A model generated the notes under the pieces. It had not been told where the DNA came from. It did not search any database and worked only from the letters and a program-made list of their open reading frames with translations. 32,000 bases of DNA, taken from contig NZ_CP074694.1 in NCBI RefSeq assembly GCF_018398935.1, forward strand, positions 3,570,001 to 3,602,000, given 5' to 3'. Below are positions 15,538 to 24,680 of the stretch, piece by piece. Source of the DNA: Telmatocola sphagniphila. GTDB taxonomy: Bacteria > Planctomycetota > Planctomycetia > Gemmatales > Gemmataceae. A program made the position numbers and the translations under genes. Every line of letters starts with the position of its first letter. The stretch's first letter is position 1.

Positions 15538-16956
15538 TTAGGCCAGCAGTTCTTTGATGACGTTGCCGTGTACGTCAGTGAGGCGATAGTCCCGACCCTG
15601 AAAGCGGTAGGTCAGCCGGGTATGATCGAAACCGAGTTGATGGAGCAGAGTCGCATTCAAATCGTGCACATGGACGATATTCTCGACGCCATTGAAGCCC
15701 AGTTCGTCCGTCTGGCCATGCATATAGCCGGCCTTAAACCCACCGCCAGCCACCCAGAGGGTGAAGCAGCGGTTGTGATGGTCTCGGCCATCGTTACCGC
15801 CCTGCACCATCGGTGTCCGACCAAACTCACCGCCCCAAATGACAATGGTATCCTGCAGCAATCCACGTTGTTTCAGATCGCTCACCAAAGCGGCACTGGC
15901 CTGATCGGTATCCTTGGCGTTGCGCTTGACCCCATTGACTAAATCGGAATGCTGATCCCAGACTTCGTGGAAGAGCTGAACGAATCGGACGCCGCGCTCG
16001 ATCAAACGACGGGCTAACAGACAGTTACGGGCATAGCTGGCTTCGTTAGGATCCTTGATGCCATATTTTTGTAGCGTCTCTTTCGATTCGCTGGCGAGAT
16101 TCATCAGATCGGGGGCACTGGTCTGAAGTCGGAACGCCATTTCGTAGCTCTGGATGCGTGCTTCGATCTCGGGATCATGTACCGATTTCATCGACAGTTC
16201 ATTGAGCCGGTTCAACGAATCGAGAGAAGATCGCTGGGCATCGGTATCCACCCCTTTGGGATTGGAGAGATAGAGTACCGGATCGCCCGCCGAGCGCAGC
16301 GGTACCCCGGCGTAGAGTGTGGGCAGGAAACCGCTACCGTAGTTGCTGGCCCCGCCACTGGTACCCTTCGCACTGGTCAATACCACAAAGCCGGGTAGAT
16401 CTGCCGATTCACTGCCCAGGCCGTACAGGGTCCAGGAGCCAAAACTGGGTCGGCCAAACTGCTGAGAGCCGGTGTTCATCAGAATCTGCGCGGGGGCATG
16501 GTTGACTGCATCGGTCTGCATCGTTCGAATCAGGCAGATTTCATCGGCGATCTGGGCCGTATGCGGCAGAACTTCGCTGAATTCCAGACCACTTTTCCCA
16601 TGTTTTTGAAACTTGAACTTCGGGCCTAAAAGAGCCGATTTCGGATTGATGAAGGCCGCTCGATAGTTCTTCAAAAGATCCGGCGGCGGTAGCTGCCCAT
16701 TCCGCTTAGCCAATTCTGGCTTATTCTCAAAGAGCTCCAACTGACTGGGAGCGCCGGCCTGGAATAAATAGATCACTCGCTTGGCTTTTGCCGGGAAGTG
16801 AGGCGACTTCGGCGCCAGAGGATTCTTGGCATTATCCGCCTGAGACTCCCCGGCCAGCATAGAATTCGCGGCGATCGCTCCTAAGCCCAGTCCGCATTGC
16901 TTCAGGAACCAGCGTCTTCTGAGCAAATTTAAATCTGTGTCAAAATTCGAATTCAT
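15538..16956 (-). CDS. DUF1501 family protein (sulfatase-like fold, Tat signal)
   Basis: A twin-arginine leader 'LLRRRWFLKQCGLGLGAIAA' is present. The DUF1501 signatures are 'PHFPAKAKRVIYLFQAGAPSQLELFENKP', 'WGGEFGRTP', and 'GRDHHNRCFTLWVAGGG'. Confidence 0.9.
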   Translation of the reverse strand: MNSNFDTDLNLLRRRWFLKQCGLGLGAIAANSMLAGESQADNAKNPLAPKSPHFPAKAKRVIYLFQAGAPSQLELFENKPELAKRNGQLPPPDLLKNYRAAFINPKSALLGPKFKFQKHGKSGLEFSEVLPHTAQIADEICLIRTMQTDAVNHAPAQILMNTGSQQFGRPSFGSWTLYGLGSESADLPGFVVLTSAKGTSGGASNYGSGFLPTLYAGVPLRSAGDPVLYLSNPKGVDTDAQRSSLDSLNRLNELSMKSVHDPEIEARIQSYEMAFRLQTSAPDLMNLASESKETLQKYGIKDPNEASYARNCLLARRLIERGVRFVQLFHEVWDQHSDLVNGVKRNAKDTDQASAALVSDLKQRGLLQDTIVIWGGEFGRTPMVQGGNDGRDHHNRCFTLWVAGGGFKAGYMHGQTDELGFNGVENIVHVHDLNATLLHQLGFDHTRLTYRFQGRDYRLTDVHGNVIKELLA

Positions 16957-16982
16957 GGCTCTATTCCTTGTGCGGGGTGGGC

Positions 16983-19900
16983 TTAATTTTTACTAATGGT
17001 TTCATCCAGGTTCAAAAGAACTCGCGAAACCAGCGTCCACGCAGCAGCATCTTGTGGGGTAACTTTTTCCGGAAGACTCGGCAATTTGGCGGAATCCCCG
17101 GTCAGGATTTCGCGCGGATTCAGCCAACCCTCCGCCAGGCGCTGCCTTTGATGTTGAATCAGGCGCTCGACTTCCGCTTTTTCCTCTGGTGTCGGTTTCC
17201 GCGAAGTGCAAAGCAAAAACGCATGATCGATTCGAGTTGCATCATTCGTTCCCCCCTCTTTCAAAACGCGGAGGGCCATCGCTTGGGCAGCCTCGACAAA
17301 GATCGGCTCGTTGAGTCCCGTAAGTGCCGCAAGCGGGGTATTGGAACGGATTCGCCGGGCGCAGGAAAAATCCCCATTGGGCCCATCGAAATTCGACAAC
17401 ACCGGATCGGGCATCGACCGTTTTCTGAACATGTAAACCGAGCGCCGGTAGCGTTCCGGACCCGTCGCCGGATTCCAGTAGCCAGGATATGTATAGTTGT
17501 AATCGAGCACATTTTTCGGCACCGGCGGAATCACGGAAGGTCCGCCCAGTTTGTTGGTCAATAATCCCGAAGCCGTCAGAGCAATATCCCGTACCACTTC
17601 GGCGTCAGCCCGAAATCTTGGCCCGCGCGCCAGTAAACGATTGCGGGGATCTTTTTCCATCAACAGCGGCGTTAAAGCCGAGGATTGCTGGTAGGTGGCA
17701 CTGCTAAGAATGGTTCGAATTAAGTGCTTCCGACTCCAATTATGCTCCATGAAATCGACCGCCAGCCAATCGAGAAGATCACGGTATTCCGGAATCGGCG
17801 CACGGGTGCCAAAGTCTTCGGAAGTCTCTACGAGTCCCGTACCGAAAATGGCCTGCCAGGTTTGATTCACGGCAACTCGGGCCGTCAACGGAGATCGCGA
17901 ATCGGCCAGCCAGCGGGCGAACCCGAGCCGATTTCGCGGCGCATCTGCCGGGAAAGAATGGAGAGCCTCCGGTGTGATTGGTGTAACGACCTCTCGAGGT
18001 TGATCCCACTCACCGCGATTCAAAAGATGGGTTACTCGTTGATTTTCGGTTTCCCGCTCGGCCAGATGCAGAATGGAAGTCGGTGCGGCCGGTAACGATT
18101 TGTAAAGCCCAGCAATTTCCTCATTAATTGCCTTCAAATCAGGCTGCGATTTTCGCCAGGCGGTGAAGATGACATCTGTATCCCCCGTTGTTCGTTTCGC
18201 AACAGGTTTGTGAAGTGCCAGGATCGCAGCCTGATCGATAGCCGGGGCTTTGGGAGTACCGGCGTTGGTAATACTGATGCGGGCACAACCGATCATCGCG
18301 CCCATTCGCCAAGCCACCTTCATCTGCGTCCCTTCTGGGAACTGCAGAGGTTTTTCAAATTGCACGACGGCTACACTCGGTTGATTTCGCAATCCCTGGC
18401 CGCGATCCGAATTCCAGGTGGTGTCCTCCCGACCATCGATGATATAGCCGACGGAGCCGCTGGCATTTTTACCATCGGCCGGCTTGTTATCCGCTGCGGA
18501 GTAATCGGCCGAGGCGTTGGCCAGTTTCTGTTTCTCCCAATTCGTGCCGTCCGGTTTCTTGATAAACACTTCTAATTCCCGCAGATTCCAGGTGCCCTGG
18601 CTGCTTCGTCCAGGACCGTTGTGGGGCAGATCGCGATGAGTCAAAACTTCGAACTGCAGGCCGGTCACACCATCGAGCTTGGGCGATGCGATCAGGAACA
18701 CATCATCGCTCGGATGGCCCTTCATCAATAATGACTTGTCCGCCTCTTGAGTTGGGTGATTCAGACCGCTGATGCTCCCGAGTTCGATGGCCTCTAAAGG
18801 TTTCCAATCGGTGAAGCGGGAGGAAACTTCCTGGCTCCATTTGTTCAGTTCCGATTCCCATTGCCGGCGCTGCTGACGAATCCGAGATTCCGCCATCTGG
18901 ATTTTCTTGCGGATTTCTTCGATCTGTTTAAGCTGATCCGCTGTGTAAACCCAGGATTGCGCTTCGTAAGTGTTGTTCAAAAAGGCCATCAGTCCGTAGT
19001 AGTCGTGGTGGGTGATCGGATCGAACTTGTGAGTATGACACTGAGCACACTGGGTGCTCATTCCCAAAACCGCTTTTCCGATACAGTCGATGCGGTCGAA
19101 CATTTCCACCATGCGAAACTGTTCCGGGACGATGGCGCCTTCTTCATTGATCATGCTGTTGCGCAGAAATCCCGTGGCAATAAGCTGCTGTTGGGTGGCA
19201 TTGGGTAAAAGATCTCCAGCGACCTGCTCGATGATGAATTTGTCGTAAGGCATATCGGTGTTCAACGACTCGATCACCCAGTCTCGCCATTTCCACATGT
19301 CCCGAGGCATATCTTTCTCATAGCCGTTAGTATCGGAATACCGGGCCAGATCGAGCCAGTGGCGAGCCCATTTTTCACCGTATCTTTCGCTCTGCAAAAG
19401 TTTTTCGATCGTGGCGTTCAGGCCTTCTTTTTCAAAGGCGGTCAGTTCCGCGGGCGAAGGCGGTAGTCCAATCAGATCGAGATAAATTCGTCGGCACAAA
19501 GCAGCGGAATTCGCTGGAGGAGAAGGCCGCAGTTTTTCGGTTAGCAGCCGGGCTCGGACAAACGCATCAATGGGCGAACCTGTTTCACCGCCGGGCAGCG
19601 GAGACTTCTTTGGCGTAGTGAAGGCCCAATGCTTTTCGTACTTGGCTCCTTCGACAATCCATTGTTTAAGAATCTGAAGCTGGGCCGGGCTGAGCGTTTT
19701 TTTCTCACTGCGCGGCGGCATCACCTTCTCTTCTTCTTTGCTGGTGATGCGCAGGTAGAGTTCGCTCTTCTCTGGATGGCCGGGAACCAGAGTGGGTTCT
19801 CCGGACTCCCCGCCTTTTAATACGGCGGCTCCATCATCGAGTCGAAGATTGGCTTTGCGATGCTTCGCGTCGATCCCATGGCAGGCCACGCAGAATTCCG

Positions 19901-20012
19901 AGAGGATCGGCTGAACGTCCTTCTGAAAATCCACGGGTGGTGCTGCGCGAACGGGAGCGTCCGTTAGAAGCGTCAGGCCCAGAATGGCCCAAAAAATTCG
20001 GAGAGTTGGCAT
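16983..20012 (-). CDS. PSCyt (planctomycete cytochrome c) / DUF1549 / DUF1553 protein
   Basis: 1009 aa with a signal peptide and the heme-binding motif 'CVACHG'. The DUF1549 region is 'IDAFVRARL...LCRRIYLDLIGLPPSPAEL'. The DUF1553 region is 'EDFGTRAPIPEYRDLLDWLAVDF...NWSRKHLIRTILSSATYQQSS'. It ends 26 bp upstream of the DUF1501 gene, which is the usual pairing. Confidence 0.9.
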   Translation of the reverse strand: MPTLRIFWAILGLTLLTDAPVRAAPPVDFQKDVQPILSEFCVACHGIDAKHRKANLRLDDGAAVLKGGESGEPTLVPGHPEKSELYLRITSKEEEKVMPPRSEKKTLSPAQLQILKQWIVEGAKYEKHWAFTTPKKSPLPGGETGSPIDAFVRARLLTEKLRPSPPANSAALCRRIYLDLIGLPPSPAELTAFEKEGLNATIEKLLQSERYGEKWARHWLDLARYSDTNGYEKDMPRDMWKWRDWVIESLNTDMPYDKFIIEQVAGDLLPNATQQQLIATGFLRNSMINEEGAIVPEQFRMVEMFDRIDCIGKAVLGMSTQCAQCHTHKFDPITHHDYYGLMAFLNNTYEAQSWVYTADQLKQIEEIRKKIQMAESRIRQQRRQWESELNKWSQEVSSRFTDWKPLEAIELGSISGLNHPTQEADKSLLMKGHPSDDVFLIASPKLDGVTGLQFEVLTHRDLPHNGPGRSSQGTWNLRELEVFIKKPDGTNWEKQKLANASADYSAADNKPADGKNASGSVGYIIDGREDTTWNSDRGQGLRNQPSVAVVQFEKPLQFPEGTQMKVAWRMGAMIGCARISITNAGTPKAPAIDQAAILALHKPVAKRTTGDTDVIFTAWRKSQPDLKAINEEIAGLYKSLPAAPTSILHLAERETENQRVTHLLNRGEWDQPREVVTPITPEALHSFPADAPRNRLGFARWLADSRSPLTARVAVNQTWQAIFGTGLVETSEDFGTRAPIPEYRDLLDWLAVDFMEHNWSRKHLIRTILSSATYQQSSALTPLLMEKDPRNRLLARGPRFRADAEVVRDIALTASGLLTNKLGGPSVIPPVPKNVLDYNYTYPGYWNPATGPERYRRSVYMFRKRSMPDPVLSNFDGPNGDFSCARRIRSNTPLAALTGLNEPIFVEAAQAMALRVLKEGGTNDATRIDHAFLLCTSRKPTPEEKAEVERLIQHQRQRLAEGWLNPREILTGDSAKLPSLPEKVTPQDAAAWTLVSRVLLNLDETISKN

Positions 20013-20301
20013 TGCGAATGCCTCGATTAAGTGAAGTCGAGTGAAAAACGTATCCCGGTCAGGCGAGTCCAGGAAATTCGGTCAGACGTTGTGTACGTCG
20101 CGGTGTGATTTCTTGTAACACTATTCTACGACGGACGATCAGAAAGTCATTCATTTCCCGTGATGCCAGTACGATAGCGTCCGAGCTCGTCCTTGAGTTC
20201 CCATTCTGTTTTTTTCGATTTTCCCAATATTTTTTTGAAGTAAACGCGATGCGGCTGGCACAGAATAGATAGACGAAAATTGACTCGATAAACGAGCTTA
20301 C

Positions 20302-22005
20302 ATGTCTGATTCATCGGTTAAGACGGCCATCTTCGAACTTCGCCGATTATTGGAAAAAGATGCCGCGACTCACTTGAGTGATCACCGGCTTCTCGATCTG
20401 TTTTTTCAGCGAAACGACGAGGTCGCATTTGAAATCCTGCTCAAGCGTCACGGTTCCATGGTCTGGTCCGTCGCGCGTCGACTGCTGACGCGTACCCAGG
20501 ACGCCGAGGATGCCTTTCAAGCGGCTTTCCTCGCTCTGATCAAGCAGGGAAAAAAAATTCGATCGAAGGAATCGATTGGCGGTTGGCTCTATCGAGTAGT
20601 GAGCCGAATCGCGCGAAATCTGCAAACACAGAATCGACCGCTGCCGCTACTCACCGAGCCGACTGTGGAACCGAAATCTCTGTTTGAGGAAAAAGATCTT
20701 TGGAATGCCGTGTACGAAGAGATCGAAAGGCTTCCCCAAAAGCAACGGGCGGCATTTATTATGTGTGTCCTTGAGGGAAGGTCGAACCTCGAAGCGGCCC
20801 GGGAAATCGGCTGTCCCAAGGGAACGATAGACTCTCGATTAAGTACAGCCCGGCATAATCTCCTGGATCGACTGAAGAAACGTGGCATTAACCCGGAAAC
20901 CGTCTTGGCGCTCCCCACTTTGCTGGTGGCAAACGCGGCCATTGCTTCGGCTCCAGCAGTATTGATGCGAACTACCCTAACTTTGATATCGCGAATTGTC
21001 GCGGGAGAAATAATAAGTTCCGCAACCGTACCCGTAATCCTGTCTGAAGGAGTTTTGAACACCATGATTACAGTAAAGATTAAAGCCTTGGCTCTGGTTC
21101 TTGGGCTCGTTCTCTTCAGCGGCGCAGGCGCTGCCATCGCGTGGAATCCTTCGGACTCGCCTCAGGATACAAAGTCGAAAGAGAAAGCGACTTTGTCGAG
21201 TGCCAGCGAGGTCGCGAAGAGTAACAAAACCGATATTCAACCAGGAACAAATCCGGGCCAAACCCCAGAGATGGTCAAGAAGTCCGCGTGGGAAACGTTG
21301 CAGACGAAGCTTCCTCTAGATCAACCCTTCGAAGGATCGCTAGTCGAATTCCTGGCGATCTTGGGAAAACTCGCAGAAACAAAGATTTATTGGGACTACG
21401 AAGCCTTCTCACGTGTGAATTGGCCTATTTGGAAAAGCGAGCAGTTGAACATCGTCATACCGCAACTTAATGCCGATGTCAAACTTGACGAAGTTCTTCG
21501 AATTGTCACTAGCCAAATAAAACTCTCCGAAAATGCGCAAGGACTTCAAGTCACCTACCGTATCAAACATAACAAGATTTATCTGGTACCCAAGTTTCAC
21601 GATAACGCGGGACAACTCGATCCGGATAGCAAAGATCCCCCTCGCTACACTGTCAAAGAGTTTTCGGAACCGACCTACATTCACCGATCTTCCGACAAAG
21701 CAGTTTGGACTCTTTCGGAAACGATCCAAGCCATTAAGGATGCGACGGGAACAAATATTGTTGTGGATCCGGCCGCCGAGAAATATTTGGAGGCCAGAGT
21801 CGCTCTCAATTTTCAAAATGTTCCAGTCTTAACCGCCGTTTTTACAACGGTGCAATGCGGTACCGATCTCGATGTCGTGATTATGGATAATCTCCTCTTT
21901 ATTACTACCGTCCAGAAGGCGGAATCACTACGAACTAAATTTAAAAGTCTGGAAAAGCAGGAGAAGAAAATGCTGCCTCCGCAAACATTCGAGAATAAAG
22001 CCTGA
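20302..22005 (+). CDS. ECF-type sigma factor fused to a TM segment and a ~285-aa extracytoplasmic extension
   Basis: Residues 1-195 carry sigma regions 2 and 4 ('HGSMVWSVARRLLTRTQDAEDAFQAAFLALI', 'FIMCVLEGRSNLEAAREIGCPKGTIDSRLSTARHNLL'). The hydrophobic segment 'KIKALALVLGLVLFSGAGAAIAW' lies at about residues 258-281. Two similar ~80-90-aa alpha/beta modules follow. Confidence 0.8.
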   Translation: MSDSSVKTAIFELRRLLEKDAATHLSDHRLLDLFFQRNDEVAFEILLKRHGSMVWSVARRLLTRTQDAEDAFQAAFLALIKQGKKIRSKESIGGWLYRVVSRIARNLQTQNRPLPLLTEPTVEPKSLFEEKDLWNAVYEEIERLPQKQRAAFIMCVLEGRSNLEAAREIGCPKGTIDSRLSTARHNLLDRLKKRGINPETVLALPTLLVANAAIASAPAVLMRTTLTLISRIVAGEIISSATVPVILSEGVLNTMITVKIKALALVLGLVLFSGAGAAIAWNPSDSPQDTKSKEKATLSSASEVAKSNKTDIQPGTNPGQTPEMVKKSAWETLQTKLPLDQPFEGSLVEFLAILGKLAETKIYWDYEAFSRVNWPIWKSEQLNIVIPQLNADVKLDEVLRIVTSQIKLSENAQGLQVTYRIKHNKIYLVPKFHDNAGQLDPDSKDPPRYTVKEFSEPTYIHRSSDKAVWTLSETIQAIKDATGTNIVVDPAAEKYLEARVALNFQNVPVLTAVFTTVQCGTDLDVVIMDNLLFITTVQKAESLRTKFKSLEKQEKKMLPPQTFENKA

Positions 22006-22031
22006 TCGACACTCGAACTTAAACTTTCCTT

Positions 22032-22060
22032 AGGCACGGTCGGCCACCTTTTCCGTGCCT
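22032..22060 (+). terminator. Weak hairpin after the sigma-fusion gene (AGGCACGG ... CCGTGCCT)
   Basis: An 8-bp stem with a 13-nt loop begins 27 nt after the stop. There is no clear U-tract. Confidence 0.25.
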
Positions 22061-22167
22061 ATACTCTCGCAACCTCCTTTCGATTTCATCTCATTCCGGC
22101 GATCCGCTAGAATGAGATTCCCTGGCAGATGTGCCGCTAGGGTCCACGAAAGGAATTCCTTCCCGCT

Positions 22168-23625
22168 ATGACTTCTCCGGATACGCCCGCCGCCCCACTC
22201 ACTTCGGCTCTACCGACCGAGTCCGGTAAAAAGTTACTCCCCTGGCTCGTGGCCGTAGCCTTTTTCATGGAGGCGCTGGACACCACCATATTAAGCACGG
22301 CGGTTCCTTCCATAGCCGAGGCTCTTGAGGTTACACCGCTCAGTATGAAAGCGGTAATGGCCAGCTATACGCTCAGTCTGGCTGTGTTCATTCCCATCAG
22401 CGGTTGGATGGCGGATCGCTTTGGAACCCGACGCGTTTTCGCGTCGGCGATTGCGACTTTCACCCTCGGCTCTTTTCTTTGTGGCATCTGCTCGAGTATT
22501 CATGCCCTAGTCGCCTGCCGCATTCTCCAGGGGTGTGGCGGAGCCCTGATGCTTCCCGTCGGCCGATTGACGATGGTCCGCACCTTCGCCAAATCGGAGT
22601 TGATTCGAGCAATGACCTTCGTGGCCATACCGGGATTGATCGGCCCCATGCTCGGCCCATTCGCCGGTGGGCTAATTGTCGCTTATTTCCACTGGAGCGT
22701 AATTTTTTTCGTCAATATCCCGATTGGCTTGGTCGGTTTGTACATGGTTTACCGCCATCTGCCCAACTACAGCCAACCGAAAACTCCGCCGTTGGATTTT
22801 CTGGGGCTGGTTCTGTTCGGGACCGGGGTTGCCCTGCTTTCCTACGTTCTCGAAGTGTTTGGCGAGCATACCCTGACGAACCTGCAGATGCTGATTCTCG
22901 CGGGGGTCTCGCTGCTTTTACTCACCGCATATGGTTTTCACGCCCGCCGTACGCCGTTCCCGCTGCTTCGAATGAACCTGTTCGGCATTCGAACTTTCCG
23001 GATCTCAGTCATTGGAAGTTTCATCACTCGATTGGGAATTGGCGGCATCCCGTTTCTATTTCCCTTGCTCTATCAGGTTGGGCTAGGCTTCTCGCCGGTA
23101 CAATCGGGCCTGATGATGATGCCGCAGGCGCTGGCGGCAATGAGCTTAAAAGTGGTGATGCCCAAAATCCTCGCCCGCATCGGTTACAAGCGGGTACTCC
23201 AAACGAACACGATTATTTTGGGTTTGATGATTTTGCTCTTCGCCACCATTAATGCTGATACTCCGGTCTGGCTATTAATTATCCAAGCCTTCGTTTATGG
23301 GTTTTTCACTTCAATGCAGTACACCAGCATGAATACCCTGGTTTATGCGGATGTCACAGATGAGCAGACCAGCAGCGCCAGTACGATTGCCAGCACCATG
23401 CAGCAAATGGCCATCAGTTTCGGGGTGGCGGCCGCTTCGGTCACCACGGCCATTTTCATAATGGATCGCTATCACGCGAATTCTGCGGAGATGATTCAGG
23501 GAATTCACAAGGCATTTCTCGTGCTGGGAAGTTGGACGATCGTCTCCTCGTTGCTGTTTTTAAACTTGAAGGGTACCGATGGGGAATCGGTGAGTCAGCA
23601 TAAGACCGAAGAAACGCACGGCTAG
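22168..23625 (+). CDS. MFS transporter, DHA2 (EmrB/QacA-like, ~14 TM) family
   Basis: 485 aa and highly hydrophobic. The N-terminus 'LLPWLVAVAFFMEALDTTILSTAVPSIAEAL' and 'GWMADRFGTRRVF' (MFS motif A region) are typical of DHA2 exporters. Confidence 0.9.
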   Translation: MTSPDTPAAPLTSALPTESGKKLLPWLVAVAFFMEALDTTILSTAVPSIAEALEVTPLSMKAVMASYTLSLAVFIPISGWMADRFGTRRVFASAIATFTLGSFLCGICSSIHALVACRILQGCGGALMLPVGRLTMVRTFAKSELIRAMTFVAIPGLIGPMLGPFAGGLIVAYFHWSVIFFVNIPIGLVGLYMVYRHLPNYSQPKTPPLDFLGLVLFGTGVALLSYVLEVFGEHTLTNLQMLILAGVSLLLLTAYGFHARRTPFPLLRMNLFGIRTFRISVIGSFITRLGIGGIPFLFPLLYQVGLGFSPVQSGLMMMPQALAAMSLKVVMPKILARIGYKRVLQTNTIILGLMILLFATINADTPVWLLIIQAFVYGFFTSMQYTSMNTLVYADVTDEQTSSASTIASTMQQMAISFGVAAASVTTAIFIMDRYHANSAEMIQGIHKAFLVLGSWTIVSSLLFLNLKGTDGESVSQHKTEETHG

Positions 23626-24680
23626 ACTGTCAACGGTTCGATTCTCGCGGGTGTGAAAGGTTCACCGGTATGGCGATTGCGAAGATTGCTCAGAAACTGT
23701 CGGGTACTTTTTTCCCAGGTGAAAGTTTGGGCATGCCGGAGACAGGCTTCGGGACTCGCCGTCTTTAAAGCCTGCTCAATGGCCAAAGCCAGATTGTCAT
23801 TCAGCGCCCCGGTGCCCGGTTCTGTAATCACATCCACCGGTCCAATCACGGGATAAGCCGCAACAGGCACGCCGCAGGCCAGACTTTCGATCATCACCAG
23901 GCCGAATGTATCTGTATGGCTGGGAAAAACGAAACAATCCGCCTGCGAATACATTTCCGCGAGAGCTTCCCCCCGTCGATAACCGACAAAAATCGCCTTC
24001 TGAAAATCGTGCTGCAGCTTAGAGCGATGCGGACCATCACCGACCACAACCTTGGTCCCCGGAACATCGGCTTTCAGAAAAGCTTCAATATTTTTTTCCT
24101 TGGAGACCCTTCCCACATACATCAAAACGGGTTTGGGCCAGCTATGCGTTTTTTCTCGCTGGTAAAAGAGACTCAGATTCACCCCCCTCGACCAGCGATT
24201 CAATTCTGGAAGAAATCGCCTCAGGCGAAGTTCCTGTTCCAGACTGGGAGTAGCCACCATGATGCCGCTGGATCGGGAATGAAACCGCCGCATGTAGGAA
24301 TAACCGCCCGCCAGCGGCAGAAACAGCATCTTCTTGAGATATTCCGGAAACTTGGTATGGTAAGAAGTCGTGAATTTCCACTTTCGTCGGATACAGATAG
24401 CCCGCGCGGCCAGGCCAATCGGCCCTTCGGTCGAAATGTGAATCGCGTCGGGATGAAATTTGCGAATCCGCTGAACCAGATGGTTGATAGTCGCGAATGA
24501 AAGAGGGATTTCCGGGTAAAAGGGAATAGCGAAAGTTTTAAACTGAGACGGTTCTACCACCTCGACTTCATGCCCCCAACTTCGAAGCAATTCCGATGTC
24601 GTAGTGAGAGTGCGAACAACACCGTTAACTTGAGGCTTCCAAGCATCCGTAGCTATCAAAATTTTGAGCCGGGAAGTCAT
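23622..24680 (-). CDS. GT-B glycosyltransferase, family 4 (group 1)
   Basis: 352 aa. The N-terminus is 'KILIATDAWKPQVNGVVRTL'. The C-terminal 'FVFPSHTDTFGLVMIESLACGVPVAA' is the E-x7-E region. Its start abuts the stop of the upstream propeller gene. Confidence 0.85.
   Translation of the reverse strand: MTSRLKILIATDAWKPQVNGVVRTLTTTSELLRSWGHEVEVVEPSQFKTFAIPFYPEIPLSFATINHLVQRIRKFHPDAIHISTEGPIGLAARAICIRRKWKFTTSYHTKFPEYLKKMLFLPLAGGYSYMRRFHSRSSGIMVATPSLEQELRLRRFLPELNRWSRGVNLSLFYQREKTHSWPKPVLMYVGRVSKEKNIEAFLKADVPGTKVVVGDGPHRSKLQHDFQKAIFVGYRRGEALAEMYSQADCFVFPSHTDTFGLVMIESLACGVPVAAYPVIGPVDVITEPGTGALNDNLALAIEQALKTASPEACLRHAQTFTWEKSTRQFLSNLRNRHTGEPFTPARIEPLTV

Noticed and set aside
20114-20140. TGTAAC...CGAC/CGAT string upstream of the sigma-fusion gene as an ECF autoregulatory promoter.
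   Set aside because: The resemblance to ECF -35/-10 motifs is loose and the spacing ambiguous. It also lies about 170 nt from the start codon. This is not enough to call a feature.
22404-23252. 282-aa plus-strand ORF overlapping the MFS transporter in another frame.
   Set aside because: The MFS frame gives a coherent ~14-TM hydrophobic protein. The alternative frame is Arg/Pro/Ser/Gly-rich with no motifs. The same reasoning rejects 10787-11428(-), 12389-13012(-), 16968-17564(+), 23916-24500(+), 26475-27062(-) and 30022-30585(+).
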